A stretch of DNA of 64,000 bases, from the NCBI GenBank assembly GCA_021811185.1, contig JAJZPL010000005.1:42694-106693 (forward strand), given 5' to 3'. This document shows, in pieces, positions 16,181-25,012 of the stretch (position 1 is the stretch's first letter; each line of letters opens with the position of its first letter). A program made the position numbers and the translations under genes. The notes beneath the pieces are model-generated. The model worked only from the letters and a program-made list of their open reading frames with translations. It made no database searches and had not been told where the DNA came from. This DNA is from a bacterium (GTDB lineage Bacteria > Elusimicrobiota > Elusimicrobia > Elusimicrobiales > UBA9959).

Positions 16181-16209
16181 GTTATACAGGACGGGTTGAG
16201 CAATGTCAA
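16181..16209 (-). promoter_or_regulatory. Sigma70-type promoter of the serine peptidase gene
   Basis: Minus strand TTGACA (16209-16204), 17 nt, TATAAC (16186-16181). Confidence 0.55.
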
Positions 16210-16310
16210 TAGTCGGAGGGCCCAGGCCTTTCTGGGTCCTTTGGGTAAAACTCGTCGTGCGATAAGGCTGAGGAATGGCCGGTGATCCTTAAAAGAGACG
16301 CCGGGAATAT

Positions 16311-17279
16311 TTATATCCAGCCTATATAGACCTGGACCGTGTAGATATCCACAGCGCGCAGGGCGGCATAGATCGCGATGGACAAAAGAATAAAGACGCC
16401 GCCGCGCACTTTCAGCGGCAGCGGCTTGCCGGGCATGGTCCAGGCGCCTTCTTCCCAGGTTTTCCCCTCCCTGAGCCACGAGGCCAGGCTATATAAGGAG
16501 TAGGCCAGCGGTCCGGCCAGCGCGAAGCCCGCCCAGGCCGGGAGCGGGAGCCCCAACATGAAAGGTCCGGCCTTGAAAGGAGCCGGGCAGAACAGGGATG
16601 AACCTGAGGCGTTATTCCAGTAGTTCCAGAGTATGCCGCAAATGACCCCAGCCAGGGCCAGGCGTATGGTTTTGGCCGGCAGCCCGCCCTGCCATTCGCG
16701 CAGCAGCGAGCCAAGTCCCAGGCGGAAGGTCAGCGGCTCGGCCAGCAGCAGCAGCCCCGCGGCGGACAGCGGCCAGAGGCGCCCCGGGAGCGCCAGCGCC
16801 AGCGCCAGCGCGGTTAGGCCGGCGGCGTAAAAACTCCCGGTAAGCAAAGGGGTCACCCGCAGCGGCTTGAAGGTAAAACCCCTGACCAGCGAGACCGGCG
16901 GCAGTTCCGCCGTTACGAAGATAGCGGGCAGGATGGCCGCCCAGGAAAAGAAACGGCCAGCCCAGCGGGTGGAAAGGGTGGCGGGCTGTGCAAGGTACTG
17001 CCAGGCGTGCAGGCGCAGGTTCAGTAGTTCCAGCAGCGCGCAGAAGGCCGCGGACCAGAACGCGAGGTAAAAGAGTTCCGCGGTGCGGGACGCGGCCAGT
17101 GAACTGCCGCGCAGGCGGAAAGTTATATTGTCCGCGAACAGGATATAAGCCCAGGCGGCGAAAGGGAAGAACTGGCTGCGCAGGGGCTCAAGCCCGATGG
17201 CCCTGCCGGTATAGCCGATCAAAGTTATAAAGATCGCCAGGTAAAGCGCCCAGGCGGCTCTGGATTTTTCGTCGAACAT
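16311..17279 (-). CDS. Polytopic integral membrane protein, unknown function (322 aa)
   Basis: Trimmed to the ATG at 17279 (MFDEKSRAAW...), preceded by GGAGGGG. At least 8 hydrophobic segments. Confidence 0.7.
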   Translation of the reverse strand: MFDEKSRAAWALYLAIFITLIGYTGRAIGLEPLRSQFFPFAAWAYILFADNITFRLRGSSLAASRTAELFYLAFWSAAFCALLELLNLRLHAWQYLAQPATLSTRWAGRFFSWAAILPAIFVTAELPPVSLVRGFTFKPLRVTPLLTGSFYAAGLTALALALALPGRLWPLSAAGLLLLAEPLTFRLGLGSLLREWQGGLPAKTIRLALAGVICGILWNYWNNASGSSLFCPAPFKAGPFMLGLPLPAWAGFALAGPLAYSLYSLASWLREGKTWEEGAWTMPGKPLPLKVRGGVFILLSIAIYAALRAVDIYTVQVYIGWI

Positions 17280-17295
17280 TTTTACCCCTCCGCGG

Positions 17296-18408
17296 CTAGA
17301 AACCGAATTTGTATTTAACAAGGCCCAGCTCTTCGCGCATGGCCAGCACCTCGCGCTGCGTTTCCCGGTTGACCGGGACGCCGCGCTTTTCGCGCGCCAG
17401 CCAGGTCAGGTGTTCTTTCTCCCCGGCGGTATAGATGCGTTTCTCGCCCGGCATCTTTTTCGAGGCGCGCAGTTCCCGCAGGATCTCGCCCGCGGTCTTC
17501 TTGAATTTTTTTAAAGGGGTGAAGGCCTTTATGTCGATGGCGAGGAAGAAATGCCCCAGTTTGTACGGCACTTTTTTTCCGTTCTCCACGCCCATCAGCA
17601 TCTTGAGGAAGGCGCCCTGCTGCAGCGCGGCCGAGAGGATCTCCACCACGGTGCAGTAGCCGTAGCCCTTGTAGCCGCCCAGGTCCTCGCCTATGCCGCC
17701 CAGCGGCGTAAGCGAGGCGGCGCCTTTGGTAAGGGCGGTAAGGACCTCCGCGGGGTCCGTCAGGGCGTTGCCCCGCTGGTCTATAACCCAGCCCCGGGGC
17801 ATGTCCTTGCCGAGCTTGGCGTAAACCTCTATCTTGCCCCGCTGGGTTATGGAGGTGGCGCAGTCCAGCAGGAAAGGGAAGTTCTCGTCGGTGGGCAGCG
17901 CGAACGTGAGCGGGTTGGTGCCCAGCATGTTCTCCACGCCGAAAGTGGGCGCCACCGAGGGGCGCGCGTTGGTGCCGGTCACGCCTATCATGCCGGCCTT
18001 CGCCGCCAGCAGCGCGTGGTAGCCCGCCATGCCGTAGTGGGTGGAGTTCCGCACCACGGTCATGCCCAGGCCGCAGCGCCTGGCCTTCTTTATGGCCAGT
18101 TCCATCGCGCGGCGGGCTATTACGTGGCCCATGCCGTGCCCGCCGTCGATAACGGCGGTGCCCGGGCCCTGCCGCACTATTTTGAAATTTGTTTTGGCGA
18201 ACTGGATGCCCTGTTTTATCCGGTCGTAGTAGATAGGCTTCAGGCGCGACACGCCGTGCGAGTCGAAGCCCAGTTTGTCGGCGGTGATCAGGACCTCGGC
18301 GCAGACCGCCGCGTCGGCCGCGGGCACGCCGAGGCCCTTGAACACGTCCCGCATGAACCTTTCCATCAGGTCGAACTTCACCCACTTGGCGCCTTTTTCA
18401 ATTTCCAT
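17296..18408 (-). CDS. Ldh_2-family (malate/L-lactate/ureidoglycolate-type) NAD(P)H oxidoreductase
   Basis: DSHGVSRL and the overall family pattern. The start overlaps the murG stop by 11 nt if M1 is used; M15 is the alternative start. Confidence 0.85.
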   Translation of the reverse strand: MEIEKGAKWVKFDLMERFMRDVFKGLGVPAADAAVCAEVLITADKLGFDSHGVSRLKPIYYDRIKQGIQFAKTNFKIVRQGPGTAVIDGGHGMGHVIARRAMELAIKKARRCGLGMTVVRNSTHYGMAGYHALLAAKAGMIGVTGTNARPSVAPTFGVENMLGTNPLTFALPTDENFPFLLDCATSITQRGKIEVYAKLGKDMPRGWVIDQRGNALTDPAEVLTALTKGAASLTPLGGIGEDLGGYKGYGYCTVVEILSAALQQGAFLKMLMGVENGKKVPYKLGHFFLAIDIKAFTPLKKFKKTAGEILRELRASKKMPGEKRIYTAGEKEHLTWLAREKRGVPVNRETQREVLAMREELGLVKYKFGF

Positions 18409-19549
18409 GGTTTTGATCCGGACCGCGTGATTCGTTTTTAGAGCAGCCCTGCTCCAGGATGTCGGCCAGGGCGGCGGCGGCTTTCAGCCCGTCGGGGATG
18501 CCAGTCCGGCCGAAGTTCGCCGTGATGCCGTCGGTCTTCTCGGGCTCCTCCATCAGGGTGCGCAGCGCCGCGGCCAGCTCCGCGTCGAAATCGGGGCTCT
18601 CATCCAGGCAGACGGCGGCCCCGCGCGAGGCCAGCGCTATGGCGTTGGCCTTCTGGTGCCCGCCCGCCGAGGAGGGCAGCGGCACCAGGATGGACGGCTT
18701 TCTCAGGTGCACCAGCTCCGCCACCGTGCTGGCGCCGGAGCGGGCTATCACTACGTCGGCTGCGGCGTACAGCAGCGGCATGTCCTCGCGGTAGTCGAAG
18801 AGTTTAATGCCGGGATCGTTCTCCAGGCCCGCCTCCGAATAAGCGGCGTGGACCGCTTCGAAATTCCTGCGGCCGCTTATATGCACGGCCTGCATGTCCC
18901 CCTTCAGTTCTTTGGCCGCGTGGATGAAGGCGGAATTCAGGCGGCGGGCCCCCTGGCTGCCGCCGAACACGAGCGCGGTGAATTTGTCCGCGTCGAGCCC
19001 CAGCGCCTTGCGCGCGGCCCCGCGGTCAGGCCTGGCGGCGAAGGCCTCCCTTATGGGTGTGCCGGTCAGGGCCGACCGGGACACGAAAGAATCCCCCTGG
19101 GCGGGCAGGCCGAGCGCGGCCTTGGTGCAGAAAAAACCGGCCAGGTAGTTGCCCAGGCCGAACTTGGCGTTGGATTCGTGGATGTACACCGGCACGCCGG
19201 CCAGGCGCGCGGCCAGCGCCGCGGGAAAAGCCACGTAGCTGCCGGTGCCCACCACCGCGTCCGGGCGGTAGTCTTTCATTATCCTGCGCGCCAGCAGCAG
19301 CGAACTTATGAACTTGAACGCGAAGGCCGCGTGGGCCAGCGGGTTCAGGGAGCGCGGCAGCGCCACCATATCCAGTTCCGTATAGGGGAAATCAGCGTCT
19401 TCCAGGGCGGGCCGGGCGATATCCTCTTTCTTGACGAGGAAAACGGTCTGCCAGCCGCGGGAGCGCAGCTCCTGCGCCAGCGCGAAGCCGGGATAGAAAT
19501 GCCCTCCGGTGCCGCCCGAAGCTATCAGCGCGCGTTTGTTTCCCGTCAT
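18398..19549 (-). CDS. murG: UDP-GlcNAc:lipid I N-acetylglucosaminyltransferase
   Basis: ASGGTGGHFYP N-terminal motif and dcw context. Confidence 0.93.
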   Translation of the reverse strand: MTGNKRALIASGGTGGHFYPGFALAQELRSRGWQTVFLVKKEDIARPALEDADFPYTELDMVALPRSLNPLAHAAFAFKFISSLLLARRIMKDYRPDAVVGTGSYVAFPAALAARLAGVPVYIHESNAKFGLGNYLAGFFCTKAALGLPAQGDSFVSRSALTGTPIREAFAARPDRGAARKALGLDADKFTALVFGGSQGARRLNSAFIHAAKELKGDMQAVHISGRRNFEAVHAAYSEAGLENDPGIKLFDYREDMPLLYAAADVVIARSGASTVAELVHLRKPSILVPLPSSAGGHQKANAIALASRGAAVCLDESPDFDAELAAALRTLMEEPEKTDGITANFGRTGIPDGLKAAAALADILEQGCSKNESRGPDQNHGN

Positions 19550-20682
19550 CTCCCCCCCCGGTGTGCCGAAACGTTAAGGATTATGCCCACCATAAGCATG
19601 GAGGACCAGATGGATGAACCGCCGTAGGAGAAGAACGGCAGCGGGATGCCCTTGGTCGGGATCAAGCCGATGGCCATGGAAAGGTTGAAGTAAGCCTGCA
19701 GCACTATCACCAGCGTAAGTCCGAAGGCGGCCAGCGAGGTGTACAGGCTTGGGGCGTTCCTGGCTATGCGCGAGCCTTTGACCAGCAGCGCGGTGAACAG
19801 TCCGACGATAGCGAGCCCGCCTACCAGCCCCAGTTCCTCGGCCACTATCGGGAAAATGAAGTCGGTGTGCGGCTCGGGCAGGTACAGCCTCAGATTAGAG
19901 GCGCCCAGCCCTTTGCCCAGCCAGCCGCCGGAGCCTACGGCCAGCAGCGCCTGCATCAGCTGGTAACCGGTGCCCGAGGCGTCCTGCTCGGGCGAAAGGA
20001 AATTCTTGATGCGGGCTATGCGGTAAGGTTTACGCAGCAGCTCCTCTATCAGCACGGGAACCATGAGGGCGATCGGCGCAAGGATGTAGCGCAGCTTCAC
20101 GCCTGCGGCGAAGAAGACCGTCATGGTCACGCCGAAGAGCAGCGCAGGGGTGCCCAGGTCCGGTTCGGCGGCGATCAGCGCGAAGATCAAAAGAGCCACG
20201 CCGCAGGGCTTAAGGAGCTCCCGCCACTCGGCGTGCACGCGGCTGGCGCTCCGGTCGAAGAAATCCGCCAGGTAGAGCATCAGCACCGGCTTGGCGAACT
20301 CGCTCATCTGCAGCTTCATGAAGCCCAGCGGGATCCAGCGCCGCACGTGCGCCACCGGCGGCATCAGCAGCGTTACGCCCAGCAGCACCACGGTGCCTAT
20401 CACCGCGGGTTTTATGTATTTGCGTATCTTTTCCAGGTCCGCCTTGGCGGCGCCGCCCATAAGGACGAAGCCCAGCACTATGTAGAGGGCCTGCTTCTTG
20501 ACGTAGAAAAGGGAGCCCAGGCCTTTGTTGGCGGCGTAGATGGCGCTGGCCGAATACATGGAGACCAGCCCCAGCGCCAGCAGCATGGCCACGGCGAAGA
20601 AGAAGGAATAGTCAACGTACTTCAGGCTGCGGTTGGCTATGACGTTATAGGAAAGTTTCCGGCGTTTTGAGGCGAAGTCCAT
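19546..20682 (-). CDS. ftsW: SEDS-family peptidoglycan glycosyltransferase FtsW
   Basis: PEPHTDFIF and PLPFFSYGGSS motifs. Lies between murD and murG. Confidence 0.92.
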   Translation of the reverse strand: MDFASKRRKLSYNVIANRSLKYVDYSFFFAVAMLLALGLVSMYSASAIYAANKGLGSLFYVKKQALYIVLGFVLMGGAAKADLEKIRKYIKPAVIGTVVLLGVTLLMPPVAHVRRWIPLGFMKLQMSEFAKPVLMLYLADFFDRSASRVHAEWRELLKPCGVALLIFALIAAEPDLGTPALLFGVTMTVFFAAGVKLRYILAPIALMVPVLIEELLRKPYRIARIKNFLSPEQDASGTGYQLMQALLAVGSGGWLGKGLGASNLRLYLPEPHTDFIFPIVAEELGLVGGLAIVGLFTALLVKGSRIARNAPSLYTSLAAFGLTLVIVLQAYFNLSMAIGLIPTKGIPLPFFSYGGSSIWSSMLMVGIILNVSAHRGGR

Positions 20683-20685
20683 TTT

Positions 20686-22056
20686 TTACTTTAAGGTTTT
20701 TACGAAGGCTTTGAATTTGCTTCCGCGGTCCTCGAAGTCCTTGAACTGGTCGAAGGAGGCGCAGGCCGGGGAGAACAGCGCGATGTCGCCGCGCTCGCCC
20801 AGTTCCAGGATCTCGCGGCAGGCGTTCTGCATGGTGAGCGCGGTTATTATCGGGCACGCCCCGGCGAGTTCGGCTTCTATCCTGGGCGCGGCGGCGCCTA
20901 TGGTCAGCACGCCCTTCGCGTTATTTTTTATGAGCGGGATCAGCGGGGCGTAGGGGTTGCCCTTGTCGGTGCCGCCGAGAATAAGCCAGATGTTCCGGCT
21001 GCCGCCCAGCGCCTTGAGCGCCACCACGGTGGAGTCCACGTTGGTGCCCTTGGAATCGTTCACGAACCTTATCCCGCGCACGGAGCCCGCGGGCTCGATG
21101 CGGTGCTCCACGCCTTTGAAAGCGGCGAAAACTTTTTTAAGATCGGCCGGCACGGCTCCCGACTCCAGCGCCATCAGGCCTGCGCACATGGCGTTCTCCA
21201 GGTTGTGCGCGCCGGGCAGGTCGGGAGGGTTCACCGAAAAAGCCGCCTTTTCAGTCCTGAAGAACAGCTTCCCCCCTTCGGTCCAGGCGTTCATGCCGTG
21301 AGCGCGGCGCGAGGAGAAGAACAGCGCCCTGGACGGGCAGGCCTTCGCCAGGCGGCGGCAGAGCGGGTCCTCGTAGTTGAACACGCAGCAGTCGTCCTTG
21401 CCCTGGTACTTGAAAACTTTTTCCTTGGCCGCTATATAGGCGGCCATGCTGCCGTGGTGGTCCAGGTGGTCGGGCGTGATGTTGAGCAGGCTGGCCGCGG
21501 AGGGTTTTAAATATGAGCTGTCCTCCAGCTGGTAGCTGGAAAGTTCCATCACCACGCAGTCCCCGCTCCGGGCTTTGGGGGCGGCCAGGGCCGCCGGGAT
21601 GCCCACGTTCCCGCACACCAGCGCGCGCCCGCCGGAGCGGCGGAGGGCTTCCTCCATCAGTTCGCCCAGCAGGATGGTGGTGGTGGTTTTGCCGTTGGTC
21701 CCTGTTACGGCCAGCAGCTTGCCGGCGGAAAAGGCCAGCGCTATCTCCACTTCGCTGAAAACGGGGATCTTCTTTTTTTTAAGGGAAGCGATCAAAGGGT
21801 TGGCGTGGGACATCCCGGGGCTCTTCACGGCGAAGCCGCAGGTGAAAACTTCGGGCGTATGGCCGCCGGTCTCCGTTTTTACCGCGCTCTTGAGGCCTTT
21901 AAGCTTTTCTTTCACCGTTCCGGCCGGTTTTTCCTCGGTAAGCAGCACTTTGAAGCCCTTGGCCGAAAGCAGGTTGGCGCAGGCCACGCCCGATTTGCCG
22001 GCGCCTATCACGAGCGCTTTTTTGCCTTTCAGTTCCTTCGGGTTGAGCATCTTCAT
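20686..22056 (-). CDS. murD: UDP-N-acetylmuramoylalanine--D-glutamate ligase
   Basis: GAGKSG and VTGTNGKTTT motifs. Confidence 0.93.
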   Translation of the reverse strand: MKMLNPKELKGKKALVIGAGKSGVACANLLSAKGFKVLLTEEKPAGTVKEKLKGLKSAVKTETGGHTPEVFTCGFAVKSPGMSHANPLIASLKKKKIPVFSEVEIALAFSAGKLLAVTGTNGKTTTTILLGELMEEALRRSGGRALVCGNVGIPAALAAPKARSGDCVVMELSSYQLEDSSYLKPSAASLLNITPDHLDHHGSMAAYIAAKEKVFKYQGKDDCCVFNYEDPLCRRLAKACPSRALFFSSRRAHGMNAWTEGGKLFFRTEKAAFSVNPPDLPGAHNLENAMCAGLMALESGAVPADLKKVFAAFKGVEHRIEPAGSVRGIRFVNDSKGTNVDSTVVALKALGGSRNIWLILGGTDKGNPYAPLIPLIKNNAKGVLTIGAAAPRIEAELAGACPIITALTMQNACREILELGERGDIALFSPACASFDQFKDFEDRGSKFKAFVKTLK

Positions 22057-22067
22057 AAGCGTTCCTG

Positions 22068-23153
22068 TTATCTGATCTTGAGCGAGGCCAGCGCGACGAG
22101 CATCAGCATGATGCCCACGATCCAGAACCGCACGGTCACCTTACTCTCGGCGATGCCTTTAAGTTCGAAGTGATGGTGTATTGGCGCCATCAGGAACAGG
22201 CGTTTCTTGTTGCGCAGTTTGAACGAACCCATCTGCAGTATTACCGAAAGAGTTTCCATCACGAAGATGCCGCCGGCTACCGGCAGCAGCAGTTCCTGCT
22301 TTACGCAGATGGCCGCCGTACCGATGGCCCCGCCCAGGAAGAGAGAGCTGGTGTCGCCCATGAAGACCTCGGCAGGGTGGGCGTTGAACCACAGGAAGCC
22401 CAGGCAGGAGCCTATCATGCCGGAAAGGAACACGGCCATTTCGCCGGCGCCTTCCACGTAGATGATCTTGAAATACGAGGCCAGCTTGAAGTTGCCGGCC
22501 GAATAGGAGAGCACCACGAAGGTGAACGCGGCGAAGACGATGGTGCCGGCGGCCAGGCCGTCGAGACCGTCGGTGAGGTTGACGGCGTTGGAGGAACCTA
22601 TTATAACTATCATCGCGAGCGCGGCGTAAAGGAAGCCGAGGTTCAGGTACAGTTCCTTGGTGTAGGGGATGGAGAGGGAATTCGCGAACTGCGCGTTGGG
22701 CGGGTTGGCGGCCAGGTAGCCTACTACGACAATGGCGGTGAAGAGCTGCAGCGCGAACTTGAAGTTGGAAGAGGCGCCTTTGGGGTTCTTCTTCACCAGC
22801 TTGGTGTAGTCGTCCATCCAGCCTGTGAACGCCAGCAGCACGGTGGTGAACAGGAGCAGCAGGATGAAGCGGTTGTCCAGGCGGGCCCACAGCAGGGTGC
22901 TGGTTACGAGCGTGAGGAAAATGAGGAGGCCGCCCATGGTGGTGGTGCCCTGCTTGGCCAGGTGGGTCTTGGGGCCGTCGGTGCGCTGGACCTGCCCTAT
23001 CTTGTAGGTGCGGAGTTTGGCTATTAGCCAGGGGCCTATGGCGAGGCTTAACAGGAAGGAGGTTATCAGGGCCCCGCCGGTCCGGAACGTGATGTACTGT
23101 AAAACGTTGAGCGGGCTGAAGTAGTCCCTGAGATAGTGCGCGTAGTAAAGCAT
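22068..23153 (-). CDS. mraY: Phospho-N-acetylmuramoyl-pentapeptide transferase
   Basis: NAVNLTDGLDGLA motif; 361-aa polytopic protein. Confidence 0.95.
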   Translation of the reverse strand: MLYYAHYLRDYFSPLNVLQYITFRTGGALITSFLLSLAIGPWLIAKLRTYKIGQVQRTDGPKTHLAKQGTTTMGGLLIFLTLVTSTLLWARLDNRFILLLLFTTVLLAFTGWMDDYTKLVKKNPKGASSNFKFALQLFTAIVVVGYLAANPPNAQFANSLSIPYTKELYLNLGFLYAALAMIVIIGSSNAVNLTDGLDGLAAGTIVFAAFTFVVLSYSAGNFKLASYFKIIYVEGAGEMAVFLSGMIGSCLGFLWFNAHPAEVFMGDTSSLFLGGAIGTAAICVKQELLLPVAGGIFVMETLSVILQMGSFKLRNKKRLFLMAPIHHHFELKGIAESKVTVRFWIVGIMLMLVALASLKIR

Positions 23154-23298
23154 TGTTCCCTTTTAAGATAAAGCAAATTGAGTACGGCCCTGATATTCTA
23201 TTAATTTTTTGCCGTCCCGGTCTTTTCCCTTATGGCCCAGGCCCTTCGCGGCCTTAAGCCTCATGCGCGCGAAGGGGCTTTCGCTTATAATTAAGATA

Positions 23299-24585
23299 AT
23301 GAATTTCACTAAACTTCTCCCGGTTACCGCTTTCTGCCTGTCGATCTTCGTCGTGCCGGCGCGCTGTTCCTCCCTGGAGCAGCTGGCCGCCGGTTTTTCC
23401 GCGGAGGAACTGCCCGCTCCTCCCGAGGCTTCCCGCCCCGCCGTTAAAGAATGGACGGTGCTGATCTACGTGAGCGCCCGCAATAACCTCGGGAACGACG
23501 CCCTCAAGGACGTGAACGAGATGGAGGCCGCGGGCTCCACCGATAAGGTGAACGTGGTGGCGGAGCTCGGGCGCATCAAGTGCGATCCTCCTTACAACCC
23601 TTTCGCCAGCGTGCAGGAACCGCCGCTGCCGCAGGCCGACTGGACGGGCTCGCGCCGTTTCCTGATAAAAAAGGACTCCGACCCTTTGAGCATCAACTCC
23701 CCGGTGCTCGAGTACTACGCCGACGCGGACATGGGCGACTGGAAGCACCTGGCTGAGTTCATCGCCTGGGGCAAGGCGGCCTACCCGGCCAAGCGCTACA
23801 TGCTGATCATCGGCGGGCACGGCAGCGGCTGGCGCGGCGTTAAGCCGCCGGCAAAAGGTATTTCTTACGACGAGGTTTCGAATAACCATATTTCCCCCGC
23901 GGAACTGGCGCAGGCCATCAAGCAGGCTGGCGGCGTTACGGTGTACGCTTCGGACGCCTGCCTTATGCAGACTGTCGAGGTGCTGTACGACCTGAAGGAC
24001 GCGGCGGAGTACGTGGTGGGCTCTCAGGAGACTACGCCGGGCAGCGGCTACAACTACGAGGTTTTCCTGAAGGCGCTGGCGGCTAATCCCGGGGACGGGC
24101 TGGCGGCTTCGCAGGCGATCATGAAGGGCTTTTCGGAGTTCTACTACGGCACGCAGAAGATGTCGGTTACTATGTCGATCGTGAAGCCGGCGCTTTCCGT
24201 GGAGCTGGCGGCCAAGCTGGACAAGTTCGCGCGGCTGGTGGCGGCTTCGCCGGCGGACCTGAAGCTCTACAACGACAAGAAGTTCGGCCTGCGCTCTTTC
24301 GACGACGAGGACGCGCGCGACCTGTACCAGGTGATGAAGCTTTACTACGACAATACGGCGAACCCGGCGGTGAAGGATTCTGCGCGCGATGTGATAACCT
24401 TCCTAGCGGAGAAGTTCGTGGTTCGCAACGACGCGCTCGGCTACAAATCCAAGGACGCCAACGGCGTGTCCATCTTCTTCCCCATCTTCGACCTCAACTA
24501 CAAACCCAAGTACGAAGCCCTCTCCTTCGCCCAGGCCACCTACTGGGACGAAATGCTCCGCGCCGTCATGTCCGCGAAAAACTAA
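23299..24585 (+). CDS. Secreted clostripain-like cysteine peptidase (C11 family)
   Basis: His-Gly (IIGGHGSGW) and Ala-Cys (ASDACLM) catalytic dyad motifs. Signal peptide MNFTKLLPVTAFCLSIFVVPA. The start is uncertain: 23299 is preferred, and 23263 is also in frame. Confidence 0.82.
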   Translation: MNFTKLLPVTAFCLSIFVVPARCSSLEQLAAGFSAEELPAPPEASRPAVKEWTVLIYVSARNNLGNDALKDVNEMEAAGSTDKVNVVAELGRIKCDPPYNPFASVQEPPLPQADWTGSRRFLIKKDSDPLSINSPVLEYYADADMGDWKHLAEFIAWGKAAYPAKRYMLIIGGHGSGWRGVKPPAKGISYDEVSNNHISPAELAQAIKQAGGVTVYASDACLMQTVEVLYDLKDAAEYVVGSQETTPGSGYNYEVFLKALAANPGDGLAASQAIMKGFSEFYYGTQKMSVTMSIVKPALSVELAAKLDKFARLVAASPADLKLYNDKKFGLRSFDDEDARDLYQVMKLYYDNTANPAVKDSARDVITFLAEKFVVRNDALGYKSKDANGVSIFFPIFDLNYKPKYEALSFAQATYWDEMLRAVMSAKN

Positions 24586-24619
24586 TACTTAGCTTAATCA
24601 CCGCAGGATAGCCCAGTCA

Positions 24620-24754
24620 GGGGCTGGCAAGGGTATGGGCCCGTCGGACACGGCGTCGGGACACACCGTGCCCGCGCCTCGTCACTCGGCCTCGGCGCTT
24701 GCGTAAGCCTCGGCCTCCGTGACGGTCCGCCGAACCCATACCCTTGCCAGCCCC
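24620..24754. repeat. Compound GC-rich hairpin element (copy A)
   Basis: 20-bp perfect outer stem GGGGCTGGCAAGGGTATGGG (24620-24639) / CCCATACCCTTGCCAGCCCC (24735-24754) enclosing smaller hairpins. Preceded by CCGCAGGATAGCCCAGTC. Confidence 0.6.
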
Positions 24755-24808
24755 CTCCGTATATTTTAAACCGTCGGTCAGACTGGCGGTTTTGTTTTAT
24801 GATTTGGA

Positions 24809-24940
24809 GGGGACGGACAGGGGGACCGGGTTAGCAAAACCCTCGTGAGCCTGCCGCTTGCATAGCGCGGCAGGCGAATGTGGAGCGAGGGCACGGTGTG
24901 CCCGAGCGCGTTTTGCGTTCCGGTCCCCCTGCCCGTCCCC
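24809..24940. repeat. Compound GC-rich hairpin element (copy B)
   Basis: 21-bp outer stem 24809-24829 / 24920-24940 with one A.C mismatch. Inner stem GCAAAAC/GTTTTGC. Hairpins GCCTGCCGC/GCGGCAGGC and GGGCAC/GTGCCC. Confidence 0.6.
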
Positions 24941-25012
24941 GACTTCGCATCTTGAAGATACAGCTATATTGTGTCGCTTCGCTCCACCCGCGGTTATATA
25001 ACCCGAACCTAA

